Origin: Octopus bimaculoides
Taxonomy: Eukaryota
NCBI RefSeq assembly: GCF_001194135.2
Contig: NC_068992.1
Span: 46,371,226 to 46,432,809 of the forward strand
Direction: 5' to 3'
Length of the DNA: 61,584 nucleotides
Shown: positions 1-12,640 of the stretch, one piece after another
Layout: the number at the start of each line of letters is the position of its first letter
Position numbering within the stretch: position 1 is the first letter of the stretch
Position numbers and translations under genes: made by a program
The notes under the pieces: generated by a model
Told to the model about the DNA's origin: nothing
The model's database searches: none
Seen by the model: only the letters and a program-made list of their open reading frames with translations

Positions 1-31
<31 letters not shown>

Positions 32-385
32 CAGATATATATATATATATATACACATACTTACACAGTCATACTCAGGAGCACGCACATACATATATAT
101 ATATAAACAGAAGAGAGATTATTCCTTTAAATTCGCAAGCGGATAAAGCAAATGTGTGTATACACACACACAATCACACACACACACACACACACCCACG
201 CATATATATATATATAAATATATATATATTTATATATATTTATATACGTATGTATATATACATACATATGTATGTATATGTGCGTGTAAATATATATACA
301 TCCATATATACATATTTATGTATATTTACATGTATATATATATATGTGTGTGTGTGAGTGTGTGTGTATATATATATGTATATAA
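1..385. repeat. Compound (TA)/(CA)/(TG) microsatellite region
   Basis: Directly visible dinucleotide runs; produces the YI/HT/CV-rich pseudo-ORFs of the track. Confidence 0.95.
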
Positions 386-1171
386 TTAGTTCACTTTGTG
401 TGGTTATGAAGTAAAGGAAATTATTCAATAGAATTAAAATTTATAATTTCTTTCCTTTTACACCTGAGACTACAAAAATTTCAGTTCTATGTTTCACGCT
501 TCCGTTCTTCAGGCAACTGTGAATTAGGATTGCTCCTCATTTCGTTTATAGCAATAAACATTGAGAAAAGCATAAGCAATGAAAAAATTGCACTGTGATT
601 GAGAATTCAAGTTAGGAGATTGACAGCTTGATGCGAATAAATTGTAGAAGAAATGTGGAATATAACAGAATTAAAATAAGTACATTGTTATAAAGAGTAA
701 TGTTGAAAATTAAACCAGAAGTAAAGGAAAGTGTCTGGTTAAAAACCCACCTATAAACAATGTAAAGCTGTTGTATTATGTAATACACAGCTTCGGTAGA
801 GAACACAAAACATTTATTTGTTCTAGAATAATTCATAGTTATGAAAATTGATGATTAGAGTAATTTACATTTTATTCTAGTGTTGGTTGAAGGAATGAAT
901 GTTGGCGTAATAGTAATAAAATGTGTTTTCTACAGAAGATCAAACAAAACAGAATTGGCAACTAATAAACGACAATACATCATGCAAAGATACATACAAA
1001 AATAAAATACAAATATTAAATTTCATAGAAGTATTTTGACCACACTTCGGCCAAACCACATACAAAATACGAATACGGAAACATGATCATTTAAATAGAA
1101 ATATTGAAAATAACAGATATACTACATATATATAGAACGATAAAAAATACAGTCATAGAAATTATGGAAAG

Positions 1172-1231
1172 ATATGCGAATATACGAAATACGAAATATG
1201 CGAATATACGAAATATGCGAATATACGAAAT
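1172..1231. repeat. 17-bp tandem repeat (atgcgaatatacgaaat) x3 plus a 7-bp partial unit
   Basis: Units at about 1174-1190, 1198-1214 and 1215-1231, with an acgaaat spacer at 1191-1197. Confidence 0.9.
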
Positions 1232-2427
1232 AACAATTGCATAACAATACACACAAATTTACCATACACCATACAACTATGTATTCGACTCTATCGCTAT
1301 TTTAATTAATTAAACTTTTTGAACAGGAGCCATCATTTAGATACTAATTTACTCATATCACTAAATATGAAAATCTGTTTGATTAAAGTTATGGTCTAAC
1401 TCCATCAAATTTAACGAAATTCTTTTTTAATGAATAAGTGGAGCTGTTCAACCTAGAGATACTTGAAGATAGTAAGTGATCGTTGTTTTATACACACACA
1501 CACACACACGCATACGTATATATATATATCNNNNNNNNNNNNNNNNNNNNNNNNNNNNNNNNNNNNNNNNNNNNNNNNNNNNNNNNNNNNNNNNNNNNNN
1601 NNNNNNNNNNNNNNNNNNNNNNNNNNNNNNNNNNNNNNNNNNNNNNNNNNNNNNNNNNNNNNNNNNNNNNNNNNTATATATATATATATATGTAAGGCGT
1701 TTTCGACGACTAACGTAATGAAATATGTTATGTATATATTATAAGTACTCAGTTTGATTTACCACTAAATTCTAGCTTGAACTGAAATCAAAGATGTGGT
1801 GTTGAGACCGCCTATCAGAGGCGGCTACCAGTGCTTCCTCTTTCAACTGGTTGATACAGGATATAATAAAACATCAAAACGCAAATTATTTGGCATCATT
1901 CACAAAAAGAAAGAAACAATAAATAGAAACATTAAATTCAGATGGAGAATATAAACAGTCAGGGATATCTTTTATATTCTCTATCTAAATTAAATGTTGT
2001 CCTTGACTGATGCCAAATACCTTGCTTTTTATCTTCTCCTTTTCCCCGCCCCTCTCTTTATATATATATATATGTATATATGTGTGTGTGTGTGTGTGTA
2101 TGTACGTATGTATGTATGTATATATGTATGGAAACATTTGTAGCGATCCTTAAAAAGCTGCCTAACCCTACTTATTTACCCTTCCTTTTGACTCTTTTAC
2201 TCTATACTTTATATATATATATATATGGACAAAATAATGGAAACACCTAGCATCATAACATCATAGTTTTGAAATATCTATAAAGCTGTCAAAAGCTTGT
2301 TTATTTTTATGTTTTTTTTTTAAATTTTATCAGTGTTGCATAATATGTTTTTCTAAAATTTCTGTTTGCTTTGAAATATCATTAGAAAAAAGTAATTAAA
2401 ATTTATTAAAATGACACATCTGTCGGA

Positions 2428-2590
2428 AGGCGGTGAGCTGGCAGAAACGTTAGCACGCCGGGTGAAATGTCCTTTCATCATTTCGGAGTCGATAAATTAA
2501 GTACCAGTTACGCACTGGGGTCGATGTAATCGACTTAATCCGTTTGTTTGTTCCCTCTATGTTTAGCCCCTTGTGAGCAATAAAGAAATA
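2428..2590 (+). mobile_element. tRNA-type SINE (octopus-like family), internally deleted copy
   Basis: Head ggcggtgagctggcagaaacgttagcacgccggg, core gtcgataaattaagtaccagttacgcactggggtcgatgtaatcgact and 3' end gagcaataaagaaata match the 9671 copy; the B-box region is missing. Confidence 0.85.
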
Positions 2591-2601
2591 AAATCTATCG
2601 T

Positions 2602-2825
2602 ATTTCAAAACGGCAATGTCAACTGGCCTTCACGTTCCCAAATTTGACTGAAAGACAGTGTTTAACGTCAACATACCGGAGACCCTTCGGCAACTGAATG
2701 AGAACATCAATAGAGAAATCAGAGAAGTGGGGTCTGAAACCCTTGAGGGTGTTAAGGTACCAGTTTTGGAAAGATCACTGGCGTGCGAAGCCGAAATTGG
2801 CTGGCATTTAAGCGGTGCCATTTTT
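2602..2825 (+). mobile_element. Tc1/mariner-superfamily transposase C-terminal remnant
   Basis: Reads NGNVNWPSRS, then after a break LKDSVF..IPETLRQLNENINREIREVGSETLEGV...RSLACEAEIGWHL. This matches the WPxRSPDL...VY..P.TL..L...I..EI...C...G.H pattern; the DFFLWG segment is deleted. Confidence 0.7.
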
Positions 2826-3398
2826 CATACGTGATGTTGTGGTGTTGCAAAATTTGTCATTTGCATATTAATTTGCATTTAACGTCCTTCATATCGTATC
2901 AAAATTTTATGCATTCATTTGTAAAGTTAAGGATGTTATTAAAAAATTGAAACCCATCAGTGACTTTTGGTACAAAGTGTATACTCATGTATATGTGCGT
3001 GTGTGTGTGTATATATAGATATCAGAGTGTAGCGTACTACTGAGATATTGAGACCATGGCATTCATAAGGCAGCTGATGATTGACGCATACCTTTGAAGT
3101 GCTTGTGGAAAGGGAACATTTAATAACTTTTGTTCCCGTGGTTGAAAGTTGTCCTTTATTGAAATTCTATCTCTCGAACGGTTAAATCCGTTTGGAGTTC
3201 TAGGCTTGTTGCTTTATGATAGTTTTCTCGCATATATTATTCCATTCATTTATATTCCGCCATTGTCCTTCATAGGGATTCAAAATCTGGTGAGATAACA
3301 ATTGCTTTGGGGGTTCCAAGATGAGAGCTTTGTTGCATATAATTATACATCTATTGATACATATATAAGCACACACACATACACACACACAGGCACAG

Positions 3399-3431
<33 letters not shown>

Positions 3432-3450
3432 TATACACATTCACACACGC

Positions 3451-3489
<39 letters not shown>

Positions 3490-4050
3490 AAGACACAAAT
3501 ACGCGCATATATGGTCGCTACTGGGGAGATTTACAGAAGCCTCCGATATAATGTGTAATTTTTAAAACAACCACATCGACATGAGTCACTTTCTCCAGTC
3601 AAATACCATAGAAAATTTGCCTATCACAATGTATTTATATAAAGCATGATACACAGACGGCTATTTTTAATCTAAAGTTGTTTTTGTTATGTACATAAGC
3701 GACCTTTTTTTTTTTAGTCAGGTGGCTATTCGCTACAGCAATGTTTGTCTATTCACTATTTACCTATATATCGCTCGCTGGCGACAAATTAAGTTCAGCC
3801 ACATTGGTTTTTAGTATACGCTACTGCAAACGCCCAACGTTGCAGAAATGCATCTACTCCTCTTACGGATGGTAATTTGAACAATTTTCATCAACAAACT
3901 TTTATATTTAAATGTTTTAGGACTGTCATAAAAGTTATTATCTCAAGACCGTAGTCAATTTGCATATCGTTATGCAATTATATTAAATATAATACCTAAA
4001 TAGTTACATACATATGAAGTGTGTATACATGAATGTATACATATATACAT

Positions 4051-4081
<31 letters not shown>

Positions 4082-4276
4082 AATATATATATATGTGTGT
4101 ATGTGTGTGTGTGTGTGTGTGTGTGTATCAGTGGGTGTGTGAGTATGTATATATATACATGAATATTTATATACATTTATATTACAAGAGAGCGCGCAAG
4201 TGGGTGTATGTGTGCTTGTGTGTGCTTATTCAAACAATAATGTTCCCTTATTTGCTACGTTACTTCTTTTTCCGAG

Positions 4277-4330
4277 TTCCTGAAGAAGAAAGTCACCTTT
4301 GCAATGGCGAGTAACGTCAGCTTCGAAAAA
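4277..4330 (+). CDS. Candidate exon / initiation exon (FLKKKVTFA-MASNVSFEK), product unknown
   Basis: Acceptor ttacttctttttccgag, donor AAA|gtaagg, 54 bp, only one frame open, gcaATGG context. Splice signals only; no homology recognised. Confidence 0.3.
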
Positions 4331-4425
4331 GTAAGGCACACGAAACCATACAATATCATTTCCAGGCGATGCCGTCTCTACTCCTCAGGAAAATATATAC
4401 ATATATATATATATATATTTAGATC

Positions 4426-4487
<62 letters not shown>
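4426..4487. repeat. (GATA)n tetranucleotide microsatellite
   Basis: Perfect gata run. Confidence 0.97.
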
Positions 4488-4488
<1 letters not shown>

Positions 4489-4904
4489 GTATAAATCAGA
4501 AAATTTACTACAAGAAGTAAGGTAAACATCAGAAGAAATATATTTATATTTAAACAAGTCTAAAGTTACATAAGAATATTCAATTAAAATTTTGTATAAT
4601 TGAATATTTTATAAAGTTCCACTACTATTTCGTAGAGCAGTTACGTATTTCTAATCTATACAACTTCGTGTTATAACTAGGCTCAACTTTTTCAATTCAA
4701 TGCACCAACTTCTGGTTTTAGATATGGTGAAATTGGCAGCATAATTTCTGCTCTGGAAATAAAGCAGGTGTAGAACAAACCAACTTGTATTCCTACAAAC
4801 TCTTTGATGTATTTCATCATTAACGAAATTTACTTTGAAAAATACCATTTCCGTAGATGTATCTTTAGCAACGACTAAAATATTCTTTAGATCAAGGCAA
4901 ATAT

Positions 4905-5012
4905 ATTATTATTAGTAAAACTACCATTATTATTATTATTATTATTAGTAAAACTACCATTATTATTATTATTATTATTAGTAAAACTACCATTATTATT
5001 ATTATTATTATT
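4905..5012. repeat. 33-bp minisatellite: agtaaaactacc + (att)7, three copies
   Basis: agtaaaactacc at 4914, 4947 and 4980 (period 33) separated by att runs. Confidence 0.95.
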
Positions 5013-5605
5013 GCTATATTTTTAAAGTTTTTTTTTGTTTACTTTTAAACTTCTCTGTATCATTTAACACATTTTTGCAAACAAAAAAAAAGAAATGTTT
5101 TGACAAAGTTGTCTATTTATTTATTTATCTAAATACAAACATAAAAATAAACATTTATTAAATAAGATAAAATAAAATAAAATGAGATGAAGCAAAATAA
5201 ATAACAAGTTGGAATTGGTAATTACACTCATTATTAAAACTATTCCTGTGTAACCATCTATCGCTTACCAAAACTGGTTCTTGTTGTCAATAATAAAGAT
5301 ATGGAGATGTAAGGAACGGCAGCAATATTGGTGTAGAAATATAAATATAAATGTAAATAAAGATTTCGAGATAAATAAATATTGAATAAAGAAGAAACTT
5401 CCGTTGGTGGCCAGATCTGGGTGGAGTGTGGTAAGTGGATGGGTGGACGGAGGAGAAATTAGGAGAGGTGGAGGTGGTGTGTGGGTTTGTGTGGAGTGTT
5501 TGTGTTGGTATAGTGTAGTATGGTGTGGTGTATCAATGAGAGTTGGTGTAGTGTAGTTTCGTGGTGTGAATTTAAAAGTCATAAAGTAGTTTGTCTGAAG
5601 TAACT

Positions 5606-5990
<385 letters not shown>

Positions 5991-6060
5991 CGTATACTGC
6001 TGTATTTCAGGGTAAATCATAAAAGAGGTAGTTTAGAGTCTTTATTAATGGACAGTATGT

Positions 6061-6295
6061 AACATCATATCCGGTGGTACAACTCCCACCACCGCCAAAA
6101 CCAGCACCACCTTGAAACACAACATCCCCACCAACAACTTCAAACTCAACCCACCACCAATATCACCCGTGCCACCATCATCCTTACCATCATCATCAAT
6201 GGAAACATCATCCTTATTATCATCAATATAGGCAACACTATCGACACTACCAGTACTAATACTACCATTTCCACCGTCAGTACCACCACCACCAT

Positions 6296-6377
<82 letters not shown>

Positions 6378-6385
6378 GCTACTGC
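6061..6385. repeat. Degenerate trinucleotide tract (CCA/CAT grading into perfect CTA)
   Basis: Directly visible; source of the poly-S/poly-V ORFs. Confidence 0.9.
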
Positions 6386-8804
6386 AGCGTTTTGCCCAGC
6401 GTGTTAACAATTCTGCCAGCTCTCTGTTCTATTTCGATATAATATCTTGTGTCTGGGATATATTGTAGCATTGTTGTCAGGATAGAAACTATTGAGCTTT
6501 TAGCTTATTTTCTTTTATAGTTTAAGATAATGAAGAGCAGTACCCAAATGCTTCCATATTTTCAGGACCTTCAAGACAGGGGTAATAGAAGACGGAAGTT
6601 ACCAGCGAACCGGGGATGTGGGGAAAATGTTTACAATAGTGGACTCTACGCAACACACAAGTCCAGCCTGTGGAATTAATCTAGTTGACAGATTAAGAAT
6701 TTCTCCCATGATTACAGAATGCAAAGAGTCAGTGTATACACCACAATGCGTCTGGTATTCCATGCATCCACCGTCCTGAACTTTATTTTACTGACACCGA
6801 AATGATGAAAGGTAAAGATGGTTAATGTTTTACTTAAAAATTCTAGGTTCCTGCGTTCTCTTTGAAGACGAAGAAGCTGGCAAAACTCCATCAACATTTT
6901 ATTTGTGTCTTGAAGGTATATATAAATATATATATGTACGAGTGTGTACGTCTGTGTGTGTTTTTATAAAGGCGTGAGTATATATAATTATGTGTGTACT
7001 CATGAAAGAGATGTGAGGTGGATAATATTTGCACCGAGAAGTTTCCTGCACAGGTTGTTACATTAAAACCCATCAGTCCCGCACTCAACTACCGTCGCAC
7101 AACAACTGTTATATTCATACAAACACTTTAAAAACCCACTAAAATTATAATGGCTTCCATGACTTCATTTCTCTCCTTACACAACAACAACAACAACAAC
7201 AAAACGAATGAACAACAACAACAATAACAATGAGAGGATGGTTGGTTTAATTTTGCCATATCAGCCAATCATTTTCAAGATTGTTATTACAAGTTAAGGT
7301 AGAAAGCCAAGCTTATTAAGTCAGAAGGCCTCACACTGATTGACGAGTTACTTGGCTTACTTCCAAACACTAAAACCACCGGCACATTCCAAATTGTTTG
7401 TCAAATCCATTCATTCTAGTGGATTGTTTCCGTCTAAAGTCTCAGATATGTTCTACAAATGTTTGGTAACAAATTCAGTGACGAGGAAAGCGTGTGAGAT
7501 AGAAGTTGAAGCCATGATTGAGACTAAAGTTACAGAATGTATTTACGACAGGTTCAATGAATTACATTCATAATTCGGAGGATACACGTTGTATGTACAA
7601 TACATGTATATATATATATATATATACATATATANNNNNNNNNNNNNNNNNNNNNNNNNNNNNNNNNNNNNNNNNNNNNNNNNNNNNNNNNNNNNNNNNN
7701 NNNNNNNNNNNNNNNNNNNNNNNNNNNNNNNNNNNNNNNNNNNNNNNNNNNNNNNNNNNNNNNNNNNNNNNNNTATATATATATATATATAAGAATATCT
7801 CTATATATCTATGTATATATATATATATATGCATAAGTATATATATGTGTGTGCGTGAGTATATATATATATATATATGTGTGTGTGTATGTATATATAT
7901 ATTCTCTAGGACTACAAATGTTGTTATCAATATCAATAGGCGAAACTATTGTTCTTCAGATACAGCTTAGTCTGTATACAACTGACTTAATGAAAGACCT
8001 TCCAGCACCTGCCACTTCCACCTGTACCCAAATATTGTGCATTTGAAATACATCTACACTATTCCCAATATGCCATACCTTTGCTTAAAATATTAACATA
8101 TGATTTGAAGAAGATTCAGCTGCTATGGCCTTAAATTTTGTTATTTTCTTTATCATTAACCCAAGAGAATTCTAATGAAGGAAACTGTACCATCTAAGAT
8201 CTCATTAACCGGTATGGTTATTCCTGGAAGAGCATTTTGTGTTTTGATTGGAAGTTGGCTGTTATTTTTGGCTGGTCAAACTGCCAATTAGAGGCTGTCA
8301 TTTATTATCCTGCTGGTGAACACAATGTTAGCAAAAACCGGTAGAAGTGGTTGTGGGTGTAGAGCATAAATGTGTTTGTGTCTTTTAGAGTTTAAATTCC
8401 ATTAATGTTAATTCTTTTCCGAGATTTATAACTACCAGTCACTACAAGACAAATTAAATATCTACATACATTAAATAAGTTGAAACCTTACATATACTAA
8501 CCAAATATACTTGGAACTAACGATGTACTTTCTAAAGAGATGACCTATATGCTAGAAATAGCAGCCACCACTCAGTCTATTCACATTGTGACATCCTGAA
8601 TACATAAGTGACAGAAAAGAATGTAGTTATAGCTTTGTTAGTAAAATATGACTGCTTGATTAGGATTCAGATGTAGGCTAAATAACAAAAAGTACTAAAC
8701 ATTCGTTCAGACATATCTACATATGTATGTAAATATCTATGTGTGGATGTATACACACGCACACACACACACACACGCATACACCACCACCACCACCCCA
8801 CACA

Positions 8805-8970
8805 TATTGGTTTCAAGTTTTAGCACAAGGCCAGCAATATCTGAGGGGTGTGTAAGTCGATTACATCGAACCTAATCCTCAACCGCTACTTATTTTATCG
8901 ACCGACACCAAAATGATGAAAGACAGACTGAGAACGTAAAGAGGGACAAAATGCTGCTAACCATTTTGCC
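8805..8970 (-). mobile_element. Degenerate SINE, same family, alternative 3' tail
   Basis: Reverse complement gives the core (gtcgataaaataagtag...ttcgatgtaatcgactt) and the tail ccttgtgctaaaacttgaaacc. Confidence 0.7.
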
Positions 8971-9670
8971 CTTTATTAGTGACATGAGACTTAATGAAAT
9001 CGTTTAATCAAGGAAAAGAAACTGAACTTTTGTGTTAGATTTTGGTGAAAGTTTCTACTGTAATACGTTTTTCAAGTTATGCATAGTTAACGAAGAAAGA
9101 ATAAATGAACTTAGAGAATAATCATCCAAAATCACTTGGTGATAAAATGTAAGTTTATTGAGTGAATTATAAAAGCGAAGTTAGAGAAATTATCTTTAAT
9201 TTGGGGTCAGAACTATTCTGATTCTTTGGACTGAAGCCAGGAAACGTATGTAAATGTGAGAAAAATAGAAAGATTTCTTCCTAATATTTCTGCCTTATTT
9301 GACATTATACGCCAAGGCAAGGTGAAAATTATCATATATTTTGCGTTAACGATTTTTTCTCTGTTACTGTTGATATATATCGTCCGTCTGACGTTTAATA
9401 CTTTACTTAACACCGGAACTTCACTATCCTTTGTTAAATACAAATAAATGCTACATTAAGCAGGCGTTAAGAGATCATTTTAATGTATTAAGTGTAACTG
9501 AGGTATCATGGTTATAAAGGTAAACGTTACAGGTACTAAACCTCAGTAGAACAGTTAGTGCAACAAAAACAGGCACTACAGCTATCGTCCTTGTGTACTA
9601 ACCAAGTTCACCGTGACAACCACCACTCTGGTCATCCTCAGAGTCGGGAATTCAGAAATAGACTAGACTA

Positions 9671-9894
9671 GGGCGGCGGGTTGGCAGAATTGTTAGCACG
9701 CCGGGCGAAATGCTTAGCGTTATTTTGTCTATCTTCTGAGTTCACATTCCGCCGAAGTCGACTTTGCTTTTCATCATTTCGGGGTCGATAAATTAAGTAC
9801 CAGTTACGCACTGGGTCGATGTAATTGACTTAATCCGTTTGTCTGTCCTTGTTTGTCCCCTCTATGTAGCCCCTTGTGAGCAATAAAGAAATAT
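9671..9894 (+). mobile_element. Full-length tRNA-type SINE with 14-bp target-site duplication
   Basis: A-box-like ggcagaattgttagc, B-box-like gagttcacat, conserved core, aataaa tail; gaaatagactagac at 9655-9668 and 9895-9908. Confidence 0.92.
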
Positions 9895-10084
9895 GAAATA
9901 GACTAGACAGTGTCCACATATCTCCTGAACAGCTATATTTGGAGTTAATCCTGGGAGACGATTAGCAAGAAGAGGTGACATACAAACATGCACCAGACAG
10001 ATTATTAGCGAAGTGTTTGCAGCAATAGTGTTTACTAGGAGAGATTAAGATTTGTATAATCCGTTCAGCACAAAATTGCATAAA

Positions 10085-10185
10085 AGTGAAGTAAGTACCA
10101 GTTGAGCATTGGGGTCAAAGTAATCAACTAGCAGCCTCCCAAGAATTGCATGTCATGTCGCTGTAATAAAAAGAGATTATTATTG
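10085..10185 (+). mobile_element. SINE 3'-half fragment
   Basis: aagtaccagttgagcattggggtcaaagtaatcaact matches the SINE core; att tail. Confidence 0.65.
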
Positions 10186-11291
10186 TTGCTGATGCAAGAC
10201 CGCAAGCAGGCAGAATCGTTGAGAGTTCACATTGAAGAAACGACAATAGAAAGCACAAAAATGTTCAGAAAACTTCAAAAAGGTTCAAACGTCGCGGTGT
10301 ATTGGAGCGATTTCTCATCAACGTGAAAACCTGGTTGAAGTCCGAAGTGTAGGATTTCGAAGTGAAGGAGAGTAAATAATCCAGGTAGAATAGTTACAAG
10401 TGTAGATGGTGTAGAAAATGGAAGTGTATGAGGTAGAGACAGGATGAAACTGGTGCGACCACGTGAGCGTTCAATTTAAACACATGTATATATATAGAGA
10501 TGTATGTTTCTATCTGAGTGCATGTGTGTGTGTGTGCGTCAATTTATATATATATATATATGCATCGAAACGCATTTTCTTGTGGAAATATATTTGCATT
10601 TACAAACGCACACGCAGACATCCATGTATACACATTTATAAATATACAGATATATGGAAGCACATAAATATATGCTCACAGTTATAAACTCAATAATACG
10701 CACGGTTTGATCTAATATTGTATACTACAAAGTTGTAACAAGTTATAATCTGTTAGATAAATATTGTTAAACATATATAATGTATGAATGTTCTTCATTG
10801 GATCTTAATGTCAGCAATAACAATTAAACAATATGATTAATGGTGAATGTGGAAATCTAAGTTGGCTTTCCTGAATCACCGAAATGTATAAGAGAGTACT
10901 TTAAAAATCGATAATCCATGAATCATAGGTTATGTATTATATTACATAAATGGTTAATAAATACATTCCGAATCTGTTTCACTAATATGATATAATGCCT
11001 GCCGATAAAACAAGAAGCAGCGAAAAATTTAAGAAAATTTATTGTTTCAAAATGAAGTGTTACATATGTTAACAGTAAAAGGGGCAAGCGACAAATGCAT
11101 ATTTTGAAACAGTTTTCTTGTGCAATGAGAATCTCCAATGTCTAAAACAAACTATAAAATGGCCGAAAATGATTTAAAGAAATTCAGAGTATTAAAGGTA
11201 AAAAGATTCAATATATTTTTAAATGCAAGATAATTTTATCTATTCCGCAGTATTACACACCACCCATACTTCGGCTCTTCCATGATGTTTC

Positions 11292-11358
<67 letters not shown>

Positions 11359-11529
11359 GTGTGTTTGTGTGTGTGTGTGTGCGTGACTGTGTATATGTTT
11401 GTGTGTGTTCATATTTCCACAAACGTGTAACATTCGGCATGACAACAGAAACCATTGACAGGGGTTAAATACTTTTATAAGAATTGCTTTTTACAAAACT
11501 TGATGCAATATGTGCTCGATGCATTCGGT

Positions 11530-11582
11530 GGAAATTTCCGGAAGGGGAATTCTACACGTACACGCAGGAAGGGTGGCGTCAC
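11530..11582. promoter_or_regulatory. Cluster of NF-kB-like, ETS-like and CRE-like motifs
   Basis: GGAAATTTCC (11530-11539, palindromic), CCGGAAG overlapping it, GGGGAATTCT (11544-11553) and TGGCGTCA at about 11574-11581. Motif matches only. Confidence 0.25.
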
Positions 11583-12254
11583 TACCCACGCAAATGGTTT
11601 TGTCAACGCGGACTTAAATTTGGTGGGAAAATATAAAGTCGGATAATTCTTAAGCTGACCTCGTATATGGGTATTCGCGATTGAATGTGCGGTTATATTC
11701 ATACCTTCGTAAATATAGATTGATAGATAGTTTGATATAAACATACATGTATGCGTGAGTGTGGGTGTGTGTGTATTTGAATGTGTAAATAAATTATATG
11801 CCTACAAACACACATATGTAGTATATAGTATATAATATATATATATGTATGCGTATGAGTCTTTTTATAGAGATGCCTTTGCGTGCTTATATATAAGACT
11901 AAATTTAAATATATACGCGTATATATACGTATATATGTGGTGTGTGCGTATGTGTGTTAGTATGCCTGGGAATATGCAAACATTATCAAAAGTACATGAA
12001 AAGTAAACAAATAGAAAATTATAGTCTAAAATGAAGACCCAAAGAAGACGCAAATGAACAGAAGAAAAGTAGATAAAAGAGGAAAAAATGTTCAAGTCAT
12101 TTATCTGACAGATGAAATTCAATCACTGAAGAATATTTTGTACAAGGATAGGATGACATCATCCATCTTAGGGAATGGCATACAGGAAAATTGTATATCG
12201 TTGGTCAAACAATAATGACCGTGTGTATATGTATTTATGTGTGTATTTAAAGCT

Positions 12255-12321
12255 ATGTATCTATCTACCTACCTATCTCTCTCTCTCTCTATCTATCTAT
12301 CTTTCTTTCTATCTATCTATC

Positions 12322-12402
<81 letters not shown>

Positions 12403-12420
12403 GTCTATCTATCTATCTAG
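12255..12420. repeat. (TCTA)n microsatellite
   Basis: Directly visible. Confidence 0.97.
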
Positions 12421-12539
12421 TGTTAGCGTGTTTCAGCTTGTGTTTTTGAATGCGCGCGTGTCCGGTTGGGGACAATTGTCGTAGAACTTTTTTAAGGTAA
12501 GTGGATAAACGAATATATAGACCTGAATAGAATGTGATA

Positions 12540-12609
12540 GTACAGAAAGAGACAAAATGAAGCAGAAGAGAAGACACAAAGAAAATAGAGAGAGAGAGAG
12601 AGAGCGAGT

Positions 12610-12640
<31 letters not shown>

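Noticed and set aside
1812-1835. Helitron-like 3' hairpin (ccgcct/aggcgg)
   Set aside because: 6-bp stem only, with no CTRR end at the expected distance and no matching 5' TC end.
6045-6410. Ser/Gly-rich 121-aa protein
   Set aside because: Product of the CTA/CCA/CAT repeat tract; no convincing exon context.
6847-6915. 69-bp plus-strand exon (SCVLFEDEEAGKTPSTFYLCLE)
   Set aside because: Only moderate splice sites, two frames open and no homology; indistinguishable from background.
9671-9790. tRNA gene
   Set aside because: A/B-box-like motifs belong to a SINE head; no cloverleaf, and the copy continues into the SINE core and tail with a TSD.
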